Below are positions 1 to 10,589 of a stretch of DNA of 64,000 nucleotides, one piece after another. The DNA comes from Bacteriovoracaceae bacterium (GTDB taxonomy: Bacteria > Bdellovibrionota > Bacteriovoracia > Bacteriovoracales > Bacteriovoracaceae): positions 2,586,146-2,650,145 of the forward strand of contig OZ244226.1 in the NCBI GenBank assembly GCA_965217035.1. Reading direction: 5' to 3'. The notes below the pieces were generated by a model. That model ran no database searches. It worked only from the letters and a program-made list of their open reading frames with translations, and was not told where the DNA came from. The translations under genes and the position numbers were made by a program. How positions within the stretch are numbered: position 1 is the first letter of the stretch; the number at the start of each line of letters is the position of its first letter.

Positions 1-2
1 CT

Positions 3-191
3 GCTGTTGATAATGTTATTTTGAACTCTGTTGATGGAGCGAAAGACTTCTTTAAAAACCCAACACAAATCGGAGAATTTACTAAGAATATCACCAAGGG
101 GTTATTCGATAATGTGAAAATCCTTTGTAATAACTTTACGAAACCAACAACTAAAATCAAAAATCTTTTTAGAATCGGACGCCGGAATTAA
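3..191 (+). CDS. 3' end of a hypothetical protein (runs in from the window edge)
   Basis: Open frame AVDNVILNSVDGAKDFFKNP...RIGRRN*, convergent with rsgA. Confidence 0.5.
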   Translation, partial: AVDNVILNSVDGAKDFFKNPTQIGEFTKNITKGLFDNVKILCNNFTKPTTKIKNLFRIGRRN

Positions 192-1118
192 TTATTTATT
201 CCAGTCTGGAATTCGAGAAAGTTCTTCTTGAAACCTCAAAAAGCTCTCAAGTCTCGAAAGAATATATTCTTTATTGGGAATATCTCCATGGAAGTAACAA
301 CCCTTCGACTCAGGTTGGTGCTTGCAATTATTGAATTGGCATTTTACGAGTAGATTAACAAGATCAGGAAAAAGATGCGGGAGTTCTTCTTGATAGATAT
401 CTTCGATTGAAAGTGTTCTAATTCCAGGAGAATCGATAATTTCAAAGTCTTTATAATGAATGAGTTCTGCCCAGGTCGTGGTGTGGGCCCCTTTTCCAAC
501 CTTTGCGAGATCTCCACTTTCAAGATTTACTTCACCATCAGTTAACGCAGAAATAAGTTTGCTTTTTCCAACTCCTGATTGACCGACAAACATAGAAGTT
601 TTCTCTTGCAAGAGTTTTTTTAAATCATTGAGTGATTGATGGTGCAGATCTATCGCGAGATCAAGTTTAGCGCAAGTCTCATAAATGGGAAGCCCCATCG
701 AAGCGACTCGATTCTTTTCAAAGTTCAATTCAAACTGATCCTTGAACTGATCAATTTTATTAAAAACAATAACTGCAGGAATCTCCCATTGTTCAGAGCG
801 GATAAGATAACGATCGAGGAGTCCGCGTTTATACTTTGGCTTTGAGACTGAACAAACAATGACAAGAAGATCTAAGTTCGAAGCAATTGTTTTCTCTTTT
901 TGCTCCCTAATAATTCGGCGAAAAACACGATTTTCTCGCTCTTCAACGGCCGAGATGATCCATTCTCCTGAGGACTCTTCGAGATCAACATAATCGCCAA
1001 CCACAACTTCTCCCTCTTTAAGGAGGTTGCCCTTAGCAGTCGCCGGAACCACCCTTAAATCGCTCTCAAGCCTGCATTCAAAGGTTCTACGGGCTGATTT
1101 GATCACTCTAGCGCGCAT
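192..1118 (-). CDS. rsgA: Ribosome small subunit-dependent GTPase A
   Basis: VVGDYV OB region, circularly permuted NKID ... GQSGVGKS ... HTTT ... DSPG, C-terminal CxFxxCxH..C zinc knuckle; start taken at MRARVIKS. Confidence 0.93.
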   Translation of the reverse strand: MRARVIKSARRTFECRLESDLRVVPATAKGNLLKEGEVVVGDYVDLEESSGEWIISAVEERENRVFRRIIREQKEKTIASNLDLLVIVCSVSKPKYKRGLLDRYLIRSEQWEIPAVIVFNKIDQFKDQFELNFEKNRVASMGLPIYETCAKLDLAIDLHHQSLNDLKKLLQEKTSMFVGQSGVGKSKLISALTDGEVNLESGDLAKVGKGAHTTTWAELIHYKDFEIIDSPGIRTLSIEDIYQEELPHLFPDLVNLLVKCQFNNCKHQPESKGCYFHGDIPNKEYILSRLESFLRFQEELSRIPDWNK

Positions 1119-1207
1119 GTAACACCCTAAAATCACAAGGCTGATTCCTAAATATGTTTGACATATCTCGTCTCATTCCTTAATTATACTTTATCTTTTT
1201 AAACTGC

Positions 1208-1284
<77 letters not shown>

Positions 1285-1465
1285 TTTCACTAATCAAACA
1301 AAATTTAATACTAATTCGAGCAAAGTATAACCACTTTACCGTTTTTGATGTTCATCTTTTTTGCAAGTTGTTAATGGTTTTTACTGCTTTAATGTGTTCA
1401 TTGTGTTCAAGGGATTGTTACCGTAGTTTATAAACAAAGCATTTCGGTTCGGAGGATAACCCACT

Positions 1466-2683
1466 ATGCGAGGAAACAAGGTTGGTATATCAAATAGAAC
1501 TTTTGCATTTAACGTTGAGACCGGATTTCCCTATCAAGATTTTGGACTAGCTTGTCAGCAAAATATAATGGAGCTCAACATTCTTATTTGGTTTCTCAAT
1601 GTTTCAAATATGCACGAGAACCTTGCTGGGGAGATTCACCAAGAGCTTCATCAATTTCTTTCTGATGGAAACACATTGATAACCTTTTACAGAGGAAGCG
1701 CAGACTTTGGATTCTCCTGTATCCCTAACGAAGATAAACAACGCTTGTATACTGATAAATTTGAAGGTAGAGAATCAACTTTTCTTAGTACTCCAGAAAA
1801 TGAACACCTTCACTTCTTTAAGAAAAGAAAGTTTAAATACACAGATACAATCTATGTTCCGAAGGGAGAATCATTTAAACCAGTGCTCAAAGCCTTTAAA
1901 TCAGATCGAGGCTTGGTTCTATGGTGGAGGTATAACGGTGGCTTAGTCGTCTTGATACCTCACTATGCTAACTGCTATAAAGACCTCAAGACCATAATAG
2001 ACCAAGTTCAAAATCTAAAGAATCATCTCGAATTCAACGTTACTCTCCCAGATTGGTTGGCAAATAAGTATCTACTTGGACAAGAAGAGAAGTTAAGAGA
2101 CAGATTAAAGGAAATAGAAGAGATCGAATTCCAATTAAGAAAAGAAAAAGAGCAGATCAACCGAGAGACGGAGAGGTACGAAAAACTGAAAGCCTGTCTT
2201 TGTTCCAGTGGTCCAGAGTTAGAATCATTTGTTTGCGAGATACTAGAAGATTTAGGAATAAAAACAACAAGAGGAGAAAAAAGCGAAGGTGATATTTTGC
2301 TTGAGTACGATGAGCTTAGAGGCATTGCAGAGGTTAAAGGATTAAAGAAAAGTGGAAAGAAGTCGAACGATCAACAATTGTCTGGCTGGAAAGTTACATA
2401 CAACGAAAGAACCGAAACCGAGCACAAAGGATTTCTCATACTTAATACATACCGAGATGAAGAACTATCAAACCGGACAGAAGTCGATTACCCTGATTCA
2501 ATGCTAGAGCTCATGAAGATCAATGAGACTTGTGGCTTAACCTGTGTTCAGTTATTAAATATTCATCAGTACTGCGAAAAGCACCCAGATAAAAAAGATG
2601 AGTTGATCAGGGGGGTATTCTCTTTCAATGGGCACTACGAAGACTTCAGGGACTATTCACAATCACTCACTAAGATCCAGTAA
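1466..2683 (+). CDS. Hypothetical protein with coiled coil and C-terminal PD-(D/E)xK restriction-like nuclease domain
   Basis: LESFVCEILEDLG...EGDILL...IAEVKG matches the E..D..ExK nuclease signature; coiled coil precedes it. Confidence 0.65.
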   Translation: MRGNKVGISNRTFAFNVETGFPYQDFGLACQQNIMELNILIWFLNVSNMHENLAGEIHQELHQFLSDGNTLITFYRGSADFGFSCIPNEDKQRLYTDKFEGRESTFLSTPENEHLHFFKKRKFKYTDTIYVPKGESFKPVLKAFKSDRGLVLWWRYNGGLVVLIPHYANCYKDLKTIIDQVQNLKNHLEFNVTLPDWLANKYLLGQEEKLRDRLKEIEEIEFQLRKEKEQINRETERYEKLKACLCSSGPELESFVCEILEDLGIKTTRGEKSEGDILLEYDELRGIAEVKGLKKSGKKSNDQQLSGWKVTYNERTETEHKGFLILNTYRDEELSNRTEVDYPDSMLELMKINETCGLTCVQLLNIHQYCEKHPDKKDELIRGVFSFNGHYEDFRDYSQSLTKIQ

Positions 2684-2889
2684 AAAACTTTCTCAAGTTT
2701 AATCATACTGAATCTCTTCGCTTAATGGTGGATGTTCGCTCGACAACCCGATAGACATTGACCTTCAGAGTTTCAATTTTGCTAGTTTTTAATCACGATC
2801 AACGTAAGTGATTAGTATTTTACCTCATTTCTTGATTTCTAGATACAGCTCTTCGTTTGAATCATTTTTTGACTCAAGTTCGCCCACAA

Positions 2890-3245
2890 ATGGCATTATT
2901 AAATACGTTATGAAGCAGGAGAGCTTTAGATTCAAGATTGAATCCATTGGAGGTAACACTCCCAAAAATGACAGAATCAAGAGGCTTATCTCTGTGTTTG
3001 AGCAATCCAAGCTATAGTTACCGAAAAAGCTGATATTTATTGATCACGAATCAACTCAGAGAGACTTCATAAAAGAGTTCTTAGAAGATGAGTATGGTTC
3101 GTTTCCGATCTCGGTTCACGATGACATGCTTGATTGTCTGGCAAGAGTTGTTGATCCGTTATCCGAGGTGAGGTTTCCAACAGCAAAAGCTCCAAAGAAG
3201 AGTAAATCAAGTTACTCCCACGGATCTAGCTCTTGGATGGGATAA
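2890..3245 (+). pseudogene. Phage terminase large subunit, C-terminal fragment
   Basis: Reading through TAG at 3015-3017: ...GGNTPKNDRIKRLISVFEQSKL*LPKKL...EYGSFPISVHDDMLDCLARVVD...SSWMG*; KxxRI and FP..HDDMLD are typical of the TerL nuclease C-terminus; 5' part missing, start approximate. Confidence 0.8.
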
Positions 3246-3392
3246 ATCTTAATATTAAGAGAGTATTTGAAGCAGTATAACTGGTTTTTAGTCCTCTTTC
3301 ATTTAAACCTACAGTACGGCGACTACCGTACTTAATCTTTGGAGATCACTTGCATCTTTCATATTTAACTAAGAGAAGATCAATTTCTGTAT

Positions 3393-3419
3393 GAGCGAGT
3401 CCATGAATAAGACTCGCTC
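3393..3419. terminator. Hairpin / probable intrinsic terminator
   Basis: GAGCGAGTC-N9-GACTCGCTC between convergent genes. Confidence 0.55.
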
Positions 3420-3463
3420 CACTTGTTTTATTCGTTTTTATATTAAAATTATTCTTAGGTCAG

Positions 3464-3721
3464 TTACTGATTAAGTATGTAGACCTCTCCGCAATACCAA
3501 GACCCTGCATTTATTAAGGCGTCTACTTGGCTTTGGCACTTAGGGTGTATCGAGGTATCGCAAAGAACGCCTTCATCGCATACAAGCTGTTCTTGATGAT
3601 CATCATAAAGCTCAGCTGCTAACGCTTGGTCGTCTATGCACATTTTTGGAACACAGTTGTACAATGTGGCAAAAGATGTAAGAGAGAAGCTTAAAGATAA
3701 AATTAAGATAACTTTTTTCAT
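3464..3721 (-). CDS. Small secreted Cys-rich protein (RBS displaced by IS5)
   Basis: Likely true start MKKVILILSLSFSLTSFA at 3721; 6 Cys; AGGAG lies beyond the IS at ~4606-4610. Confidence 0.7.
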   Translation of the reverse strand: MKKVILILSLSFSLTSFATLYNCVPKMCIDDQALAAELYDDHQEQLVCDEGVLCDTSIHPKCQSQVDALINAGSWYCGEVYILNQ

Positions 3722-3722
3722 A

Positions 3723-4598
3723 GGGCGTGTCTTCAAAGTTAGAAGGGTCTGAGAAAATGTAAGGCCTTTTAAGGTCATTTATCTTGGCCATTGATCATAA
3801 TTCTACTTTCATAGATCTATGAAAACAACAGAACGATTATTTTTAACAAACACTATGTGGAAAAAAATAGAACCTCTTTTACCAGCTGAACGTGGTCGCT
3901 GCGCTCGTCCCTCAAAATGTAACCGAACAATGCTTGAAGGAATGATTTGGAAGCTTAGAGTCGGTTGTCCCTGGAGAGATCTCCCTGTTGAGTTTGGTCC
4001 TTGGCAATCAGTTTACACTCGTTTTAATCGTTGGTCAGAATCAGGAATCTTCCAAGAAGTTTTTGTTCTGATTAAAGACAAGTTAACAAAGCAAAACGTT
4101 GCCTTGGATTCAAGTATTGTTCGAGCTCATCAACATGCTCATGGTGCTCGAAAAAAAATGGTGATCAGAAGATAGGAAAAAGCTCAGGTGGTCCCACAAC
4201 AAAGATTCACCTTTTAACAGACAGCTACGGTAATCCGGAGATCATTAAATTAAGTCCAGGCAATATTCATGACATTGATACCGCGTATGAATTTATTGAA
4301 GAGTTACCCGATCAAGTCGAGCAACTTCTTGCTGATAAAGGTTATGATGCAGATTTGTTCAGAAAGTCACTCGAAGCGAGAGGAGTAAGTCCTGTTATTC
4401 CAGGAAGAAGAAGTCGAAAGAAGGAGATTGTTTACGACAAGGAACTTTATAGAGACAGACATGTTGTCGAGAATTCTTTTTGTAACTTAAAGCAATTTAG
4501 GTCGATTGCAATGAGATTTGAAAAGCTTGCTCGAAACTATATGACCATGGTTTTACTGGGAGCGATTCTTATGTGGAGTAAACTTTGAAAACACGCCC
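3723..4598 (+). mobile_element. IS5-family insertion sequence, copy 1 (876 bp)
   Basis: TIRs GGGCGTGTCTTCAAAGTT / AACTTTGAAAACACGCCC, TA duplication on both sides. Confidence 0.95.
3819..4588 (+). CDS. IS5-family transposase (two frames joined by -1 frameshift)
   Basis: GCPWRDLP..FGPWQSVYTRFNRW, ALDSSIVRAHQH, ADKGYD, RHVVENSF..LKQFR; A8 slip site at ~4151-4158. Confidence 0.92.
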
Positions 4599-4811
4599 TA
4601 ATAATCTCCTTTATATGAAACGTTCATGAATTATTCCGATCGGAATAGGTGGTTTTTTCTTTAGTAAAAAAATATCTCAAGTTTTTCTTGTACTCTCTTC
4701 AGCTAGTAAGTCGCTAAGGTGAGCCTGTTGGAAGCTTCATCAAGCTTTTGTGATTCTAGCTAATCTTCAAATCTGACAAAAGCCTTCATGCTTGAAAGTT
4801 TAAGTGGTCTC

Positions 4812-4878
4812 AACGTTATTCTGACTTAATTTTGATAACTTTTTTTACACCTTCTAAGTAATAATTCTAGAGGGATAG
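4812..4878. repeat. Island repeat, distal part (homologous to 9461-9528)
   Basis: 37-nt identical core TTTTGATAACTTTTTTTACACCTTCTAAGTAATAATT at 4830-4866 and 9480-9516. Confidence 0.9.
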
Positions 4879-4963
4879 GAGAAAATTATAATCTCTGTAA
4901 AAATAAAAATATTAATTATAAGGAGAAAACTGAATGAAAAACTTAATTTCTTTACTCGTATTA

Positions 4964-5739
4964 TTAGGGCGTGTTCTCATTTCGTCGTCCAAGTCTGATC
5001 CATATGATCGTGCACGCTAAAAAGACCATTGATTTAAAGCTTCTTGCGAGCTTTTCAAATCGAGTCGCAATTCCTCGATAATGCTTCAATTTTGCAAATA
5101 AATTTTCAACAAGATGTCGCTGCTTATAAATATGAGAATCAAAACCTAAGTTTTCTTTCTTAGAATTACTTCTTCTTGGAATAACTGATCTAGCACCCTT
5201 CGCCCAAATTAAAATTCGAATATCCTCTGAATCGTAGCCTTTATCTGCAACAATACTTTTCGTATTCGAACTTACTTTATCAATAATTTGACCTGCGACT
5301 TGTGAGTCATGAACTTCACCCCCAGTGATTTCAAAATCAATCGGGTTTCCATGCGAGTCAGCGGCAATATGAATTTTGCTTGTATTTCCCCCTCTGGAGA
5401 TACCAATAGCTCTCTCTTCTCCAATCCTAGCTCCACTCGCATGCTGGTGAGCTTTGACATAACTTCCGTCGATGAACACCCACTCTTCATCAACTTCGTC
5501 TCGTAGTTCAAAAAAAAATCTTTCCAAAGTTCTTTATGTGCCCAGCGATTAAAACGATTATAAGCTGTTTGCCAAGGACAGAGTTGTTCTGGAATATCTC
5601 TCCAAGGGGCACCTGTTCGCATCTTCCAAATGATTGCTTCCATCACGTTACGACTATCTTTTGTTTCATAGCAATCTTTTGACTTTATTGTTATTAAAAT
5701 TTGATCCCACATCTCATCAGTTAAAACAGTTCTAAGCAT
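4964..5739 (-). CDS. IS5-family transposase (frameshifted at a T9 run)
   Basis: GAPWRDIP..CPWQTAYNRFNRW then FIDGSYVKAHQHA, ADKGYDS, RHLVENLFAKLKHYR. Confidence 0.92.
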
Positions 5740-5858
5740 TATTAGCCATCGCTTTTTAGAGGTAAAAATTAAGAATGACTTGAGAGCTTTAGAAGACCTA
5801 GACGCAGGGCCGTAATTTGAGAGACTCTAAGAGCTTAGAACGAAATGAGAACACGCCC
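4967..5858 (-). mobile_element. Second, distinct IS5-family element (892 bp)
   Basis: TIRs GGGCGTGTTCTCATTTCGT / ACGAAATGAGAACACGCCC, TA duplication. Confidence 0.93.
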
Positions 5859-6353
5859 TAATAGGTTCCTCTGTATCCTCTTATGCAGAAGAGTTATACG
5901 GCAATAACCCTATTCTTGAAATCAGTGAATGTACTAAGCATGAACTCATGAAAACCTCAGGGTTTATGGAGTCAGGTTCATACTACACCTATGCTTTTAT
6001 TGTAACGTATTGTGACGGATCTGAACCTAAAGCAAAAACAATAGTAAGTAAGCTTCGTTGGTATCAAGACGATGATAGTCATGGTGGATACGGAAGCGGC
6101 TATGAAGGTGAAAAGAGCGATATCAGTAAAAATTTAAAAAGAAAATGCAATAGCAAAAGACAAGAATATATTAATATAAAAAAATATAACTCAGCAGAAA
6201 GCTGTTAATAGTAATTTATTTGAAGTCACAATGTGGGAAATCATTTGAGCAAAGCTTTTAAGGGGGAAATTGTGACTGAACTTAAAATATTAGAAAATGG
6301 TGAAAGTTTTATAATATTGAAATTTTATGAGCGAAGAGCTCTAAAGGGATGAA

Positions 6354-7130
6354 ATGAAAAAGTTATTAATTGGATTGCTAACTCTTGGAAGTGCTTCCTC
6401 TTTTGCCATAATGGAACAACCTCTTGAACTATCACTAGAGAACAAGAGATTATCAAAAATTAAGACTAAGGTAATATCCGGAAAATCAACCAAGAATGCT
6501 GATGGATCAACGACTCTTATCAAGCCTAGAAGAGTTAGAGGAAATAGGAAAATTTTAATTCACAGTACTGGTGCTGATGCTTTTATTGGTACTTGTGTTG
6601 CAGCAGGATTTGATCATTTTGTAAAAGAATCGAATCGTGAAGAGTTCAATTTAGGAGCTATGGGAGATAGGGTAATGCTTGATAAACAAGGAAATGTTAC
6701 AGGTCGAAGAACATCTCCTTCAAGTATTAGCGAGATTTCCTGTTATAATGGAGAATATAAACTAGCGATTAAATCTGACGGTTTTATCGAAGGAAAAGAT
6801 ACAGCTGTGACAATTATCAATCCCAAGCTAGTAAGAGGAAGCATAATATATAGACTTGCATATTATTCTCCTGACAAAGCACCTTCTTATCGCCTAGATC
6901 ACTTTAATGGTGTGTGTGTCGCAGCCGGCTTTGATAAGTATTTAAATCATTCATCCTATGGAATTGATGAAACGGGTGAAAGAACTCGATCTATCTTGCT
7001 ACCGAATGGGGATTTAAGCAAGAATACTAGAATTTCTGAAACCTTATCAGAGATCACTTGTGTGAAAAAAGGTGGAAAGAAAACGGTCCTAGTTGATGAG
7101 GCGAGAAATTACTATTTTAGAAAAGACTAA
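6354..7130 (+). CDS. Secreted protein with an internal two-fold repeat
   Basis: Signal peptide MKKLLIGLLTLGSASSFA; GTCVAAGFD...SEISC repeated as GVCVAAGFD...SEITC. Confidence 0.8.
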   Translation: MKKLLIGLLTLGSASSFAIMEQPLELSLENKRLSKIKTKVISGKSTKNADGSTTLIKPRRVRGNRKILIHSTGADAFIGTCVAAGFDHFVKESNREEFNLGAMGDRVMLDKQGNVTGRRTSPSSISEISCYNGEYKLAIKSDGFIEGKDTAVTIINPKLVRGSIIYRLAYYSPDKAPSYRLDHFNGVCVAAGFDKYLNHSSYGIDETGERTRSILLPNGDLSKNTRISETLSEITCVKKGGKKTVLVDEARNYYFRKD

Positions 7131-7153
7131 AATAAAATTTACTATATAGATGC

Positions 7154-7189
7154 AAAGGCTAGCACTCAAAATGCTAGCCTTTTCTTTTT
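7154..7189 (+). terminator. Intrinsic terminator
   Basis: AAAGGCTAGCA-loop-TGCTAGCCTTT plus T-tract. Confidence 0.8.
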
Positions 7190-7318
7190 AAGCTAAAACG
7201 TTTTCCTCAAAAGAGTTAAATCTTCGATCCTTATTAAGATCTCTGTATTTGACAATAGAGGCAACCTGACGGTTCTTAAGTACTCGAAATTACGAACTAT
7301 GAGTTTGAAGACTTCTTT
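7187..7318. repeat. Island repeat copy
   Basis: AAAAGAGTTAAATCTTCGATCCT...CAACCTGACGGTTCTTAAGTACTCGAAAT; aligns with 10590-10700, 9355-9411 and 31397-31454. Confidence 0.9.
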
Positions 7319-7507
7319 ATGTTTAATTCTTGTGTTATTTCTGTTTAAATCATAGCAGATTTTTTATTTTTAAAACTTTATCTCTATTAATTTTACTGAA
7401 ACATTCAAGGCTTTAAGGCATCCAAATCTAAATATACAGTTTTATCTTATATGCTTACTTGAGAGCATTCTTTCAATACTCTCAAGTTCGTCTTCCCTTC
7501 TATTTTT

Positions 7508-7888
7508 TTACTTTCGCTCACAGTCATCAAAGGTAATTTGATCATCTGTTTCTGGTATTGGAAATTGAGCTAATGGATTTTTGGCATTTATTAGTCCCCC
7601 CATACCCATAAGACCTAAAACAACTCTACCTGAAGATCTTAAATAAAGTGCACTTTGGAGTATGTTTGTAGATTGAAATCCAAATTTTTTTTCATCTCCT
7701 TCATCATCGTCAGATCTCACTTCATACAATACTTCTCCTCTGTCGAGTATTTGAAAATATTCGTATTCTACATCACCATAAAATAGTTTGAGATCATACC
7801 CTGTTTCGCTTGAGTGGCATTCAAGCAAAGATTGTCCATAAGAGTTAAGTGTAGAGAAAAACAGTGTTGTTAATAATAGAAATTTCAT
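7508..7888 (-). CDS. Small secreted hypothetical protein
   Basis: MKFLLLTTLFFSTLNSYG leader, AGGAGG RBS, terminal Cys pair. Confidence 0.75.
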   Translation of the reverse strand: MKFLLLTTLFFSTLNSYGQSLLECHSSETGYDLKLFYGDVEYEYFQILDRGEVLYEVRSDDDEGDEKKFGFQSTNILQSALYLRSSGRVVLGLMGMGGLINAKNPLAQFPIPETDDQITFDDCERK

Positions 7889-8166
7889 TGATAAATCCTC
7901 CTTTGTGATTCTTCTGAGGGTTTATAGCAAATAATAAATTCTTTACTATATTGACTTACTAAAAAAAGAGATATTTTTTTTTAGAAGTCCTGAAAAGGGC
8001 GATGAAATATCTACTAAAGCTGTTTTAAGGTGCTTTAGTAGAGAAAGATTCCTTAAATATTTCTAAATAAGAGATAGTAAAAATTACAGAGTCCTGTATT
8101 TATTCAGACTAAACTTCAATAACTGTAAAGCTCGATTAGAACACTAATAAACAAGCATTATCATGA

Positions 8167-8313
8167 TTATTTAAGATCAGTCCGACTTTATAAATCAAAT
8201 TAAAAAATCTTTAAGACCTCTCATCAAAGTTTACTTTAAGTAAACTTTGTATCACATTTTCGATGCCCTTAAATTAATAGAGTGGCATATGTAACAAGTA
8301 AAAAGAAAGAATC
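8167..8313 (+). repeat. Portal-upstream module, copy 1 (147 bp)
   Basis: Near-identical to 12096-12242; includes palindrome CAAAGTTTACTT-T-AAGTAAACTTTG and the first ~10 portal codons. Confidence 0.92.
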
Positions 8314-9385
8314 TGAAATCATTGATTTAGCGCTCGAGAGATTCAAGCTTGGGATGAGTGCAGAGAGTAAAATCAGAGAGCTTTCTGATGAGGACATGAG
8401 GTTTCGGGCGGGAGATCAATGGCCTGAAGAGATAAAGCAATCAAGATCAATTGATGGACGCCCTTGTCTTACGATTAATAAGATCCCTCAGAATGTTCAC
8501 CAGATAACCAATGATCAAAGACAAAACCGTACTCGAATAAAAGTCACTCCTTTTGATGATAATGCAGACCCTGAAACTGCCGAAGTTCTCCAGGGAATGA
8601 TCCGAAACATTGAAAACAACTCAAATGCTGATACTGCTTATGATATTGCTCTTGATTGGGCGGTAACAGGAGGGCGTGGTTTTTTCAGAGTTGTGACTGA
8701 ATACGCTGATCCAGCTTCATTTGAACAGGACTTAAGAGTCAAGAGTATTCATAATCCAAATGATATTTTACTTGACCCAAGCTACAAAGAACCAGACGGA
8801 TCCGATGCTGAATGGGGTTTTGTCTTTGAAGATATTCCCTGTAAAGAATTTGAAAATCAATACCCACAAGCGAAGGCATCAAAGTCTGAGTTTTCATGGA
8901 ATACAGAGAAAAATCAGGATTGGTTTAATGATAAAACTTACCGAGTTGCAGAGTACTATTACAAAGATTACAAAGCTGAAAGGCTCTATAAGCTACCTGA
9001 TAACAGTACCGTTCTTGAAAGCGAGATATCAGATAGATCTCCAGAAGAACTTCTCCTTTTAGGGATTAAGAACGGAGACTATAAAACTCTAGAGTCAAGA
9101 GAGACTCAAGTTATAACGATTAAGTGGTGTAAGATCTCAGGCAATGAAATCCTAGAGAAAACAGAGTGGGTGGGGAGTTATATTCCTATCATTCCTGTTC
9201 ATGGAGTTGAGCTTTGGGTTAATGGAGAGAGAAGATTTGAAGGGGTTATTAGACATGCGAAAGACCCACAAAGAATGTACAACTACTGGGCGACTTGTGA
9301 GACTGAGGCGATTGCTCTTGCTCCCAAGACACCTTATATCGGAGCAGAAGGTCACTCTGTACTTGATAATAAAGATATAACCTGA
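8282..9385 (+). pseudogene. P22-like phage portal protein, C-terminally truncated
   Basis: GDQWPEEI..R...RPCLTINKI, GRGFFRV, YIPIIPVHG, AKDPQRMYNYW; portal-like sequence stops at IGAEG where the island repeat begins; P22-type portals are about twice this length. Confidence 0.88.
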
Positions 9386-9528
9386 CGATTCTTAAATACT
9401 CGAAATCACGAGTCTTAATAATTGGAAACTTCAACCACCTGAATGGCTTTCTACTAGATGAACGTTATTTCGACTTAAGTTTTGATAACTTTTTTTACAC
9501 CTTCTAAGTAATAATTTTAGAGCGATAG
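9355..9528. repeat. Island repeat copy (links the proximal and distal parts)
   Basis: CTCTGTACTTGATAAT...AACCTGACGATTCTTAAATACTCGAAATCACGA...CTTCAACCACCTG...TTTGATAACTTTTTTTACACC. Confidence 0.9.
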
Positions 9529-9702
9529 AGCTCAATTAAGATTTTTGATAAATTTTTAGAATAAGGAAAATTAAAAGATTTTTTACTTTACAAAGCTCAA
9601 GAAAATCAAAAAGAGACAGCCCTTGATCATCTTGAAGCCGCATTATCGACTTATAAATAAGAATGATATTCGATTTTTGAGAGAAGATCTTAGGAGTTAA
9701 AA

Positions 9703-10104
9703 ATGAAGAAAGTGTTTTGTGTATTGATGCTATGGAGTTTGAATTTATTCTCTCAAGCTGTTCCGAGCTGGAATCAGCAATTACAAACTAGCTTAGATCT
9801 ATGTGATGACAATTATAATAGTTTTAGCAGCAAAGCTCATGTTTGTTATGCAAAGTTAACAGCGGAACTTTTATCAAAAGAACTTGAAAAAGATAATAGT
9901 TCGAAAGATCTAATTATTTACTTAAAAGATACAATTTGTGAGTGTCAACGAGACACTGTTGGAAATTGTTTTACTCGATCTGCTTTAATTACTCATCTTG
10001 AATTTATGCACTCCTTGGGACCCGACGATGTTCCTGACGCTTATAAAAACTCAAGAGCTAAAGCTGCATGTTATAAAATGAAACTTAATGATTTGCTTAA
10101 CTAA
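9703..10104 (+). CDS. Small secreted Cys-rich protein
   Basis: AGGAG RBS, MKKVFCVLMLWSLNLFS leader, several Cys. Confidence 0.75.
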   Translation: MKKVFCVLMLWSLNLFSQAVPSWNQQLQTSLDLCDDNYNSFSSKAHVCYAKLTAELLSKELEKDNSSKDLIIYLKDTICECQRDTVGNCFTRSALITHLEFMHSLGPDDVPDAYKNSRAKAACYKMKLNDLLN

Positions 10105-10216
10105 AACTTCTAGAGAATAAAACAAAACCTGAACGATAAGACTCAGAATAAAGAAATAAAAGGCAAACATCATGAAGATAATGTTTATTTATGAGTAATA
10201 AATAAGAAGGAATGAA

Positions 10217-10483
10217 ACGAAAAGTTTATTAATTAGATTATTAGCACTCGGAAGTTTTTCAGTTTTTGCGAATCAAGTTTGTGTATCGAAAAGGGACAAT
10301 AAGACAACTATTGAGTTCCAAGAATTCCCAGCAGGTTACCAGGTAATGCATCTAACTCATGGATTGTTTAAAGGTGAACTTCATGGGGTATATGAACCGC
10401 TCAATGACAAAATGATTTACGTTCAAGGTACTGGCTTCTCAGAAGTAGACTATACTGTTTTTGAATGTACTTCTGAGTTATAA
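10217..10483 (+). pseudogene. Small secreted protein with ATG>ACG start (absent from ORF track)
   Basis: AAGGAATGAA-ACG-AAAAGTTTATTAATT mirrors AAGGGATGAA-ATG-AAAAAGTTATTAATT at 6344; open frame (T)KSLLIRLLALGSFSVFANQVCVSK...FECTSEL*. Confidence 0.7.
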
Positions 10484-10589
10484 AGAGTAGTCTGAGAAGA
10501 AAATCTCAAGTTTTAACTCATTTAACCCTAAAATATAATTGAGGATATGTACTTAAGGACTTAGCACCTAGAATATTGGTCTTTTTTTT

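Larger units (their letters stand above)
4934..6208 (+). pseudogene. Secreted protein gene interrupted by IS5 in its signal peptide
   Basis: AGGAG + MKNLISLLVLL (4934-4966) joins in frame to IGSSVSSYAEELYG...MKTSGF (5861-6208) once the IS and one TA are removed. Confidence 0.85.

Noticed and set aside
2808..3245. Stop-codon recoding in the terminase
   Set aside because: The 5' part is missing and TAG ends normal genes in this window; simple decay explains it.
3722..3778. N-terminal extension MTLKGLTF... of ORF 3464..3778
   Set aside because: It lies inside the IS end; the native start is at 3721.
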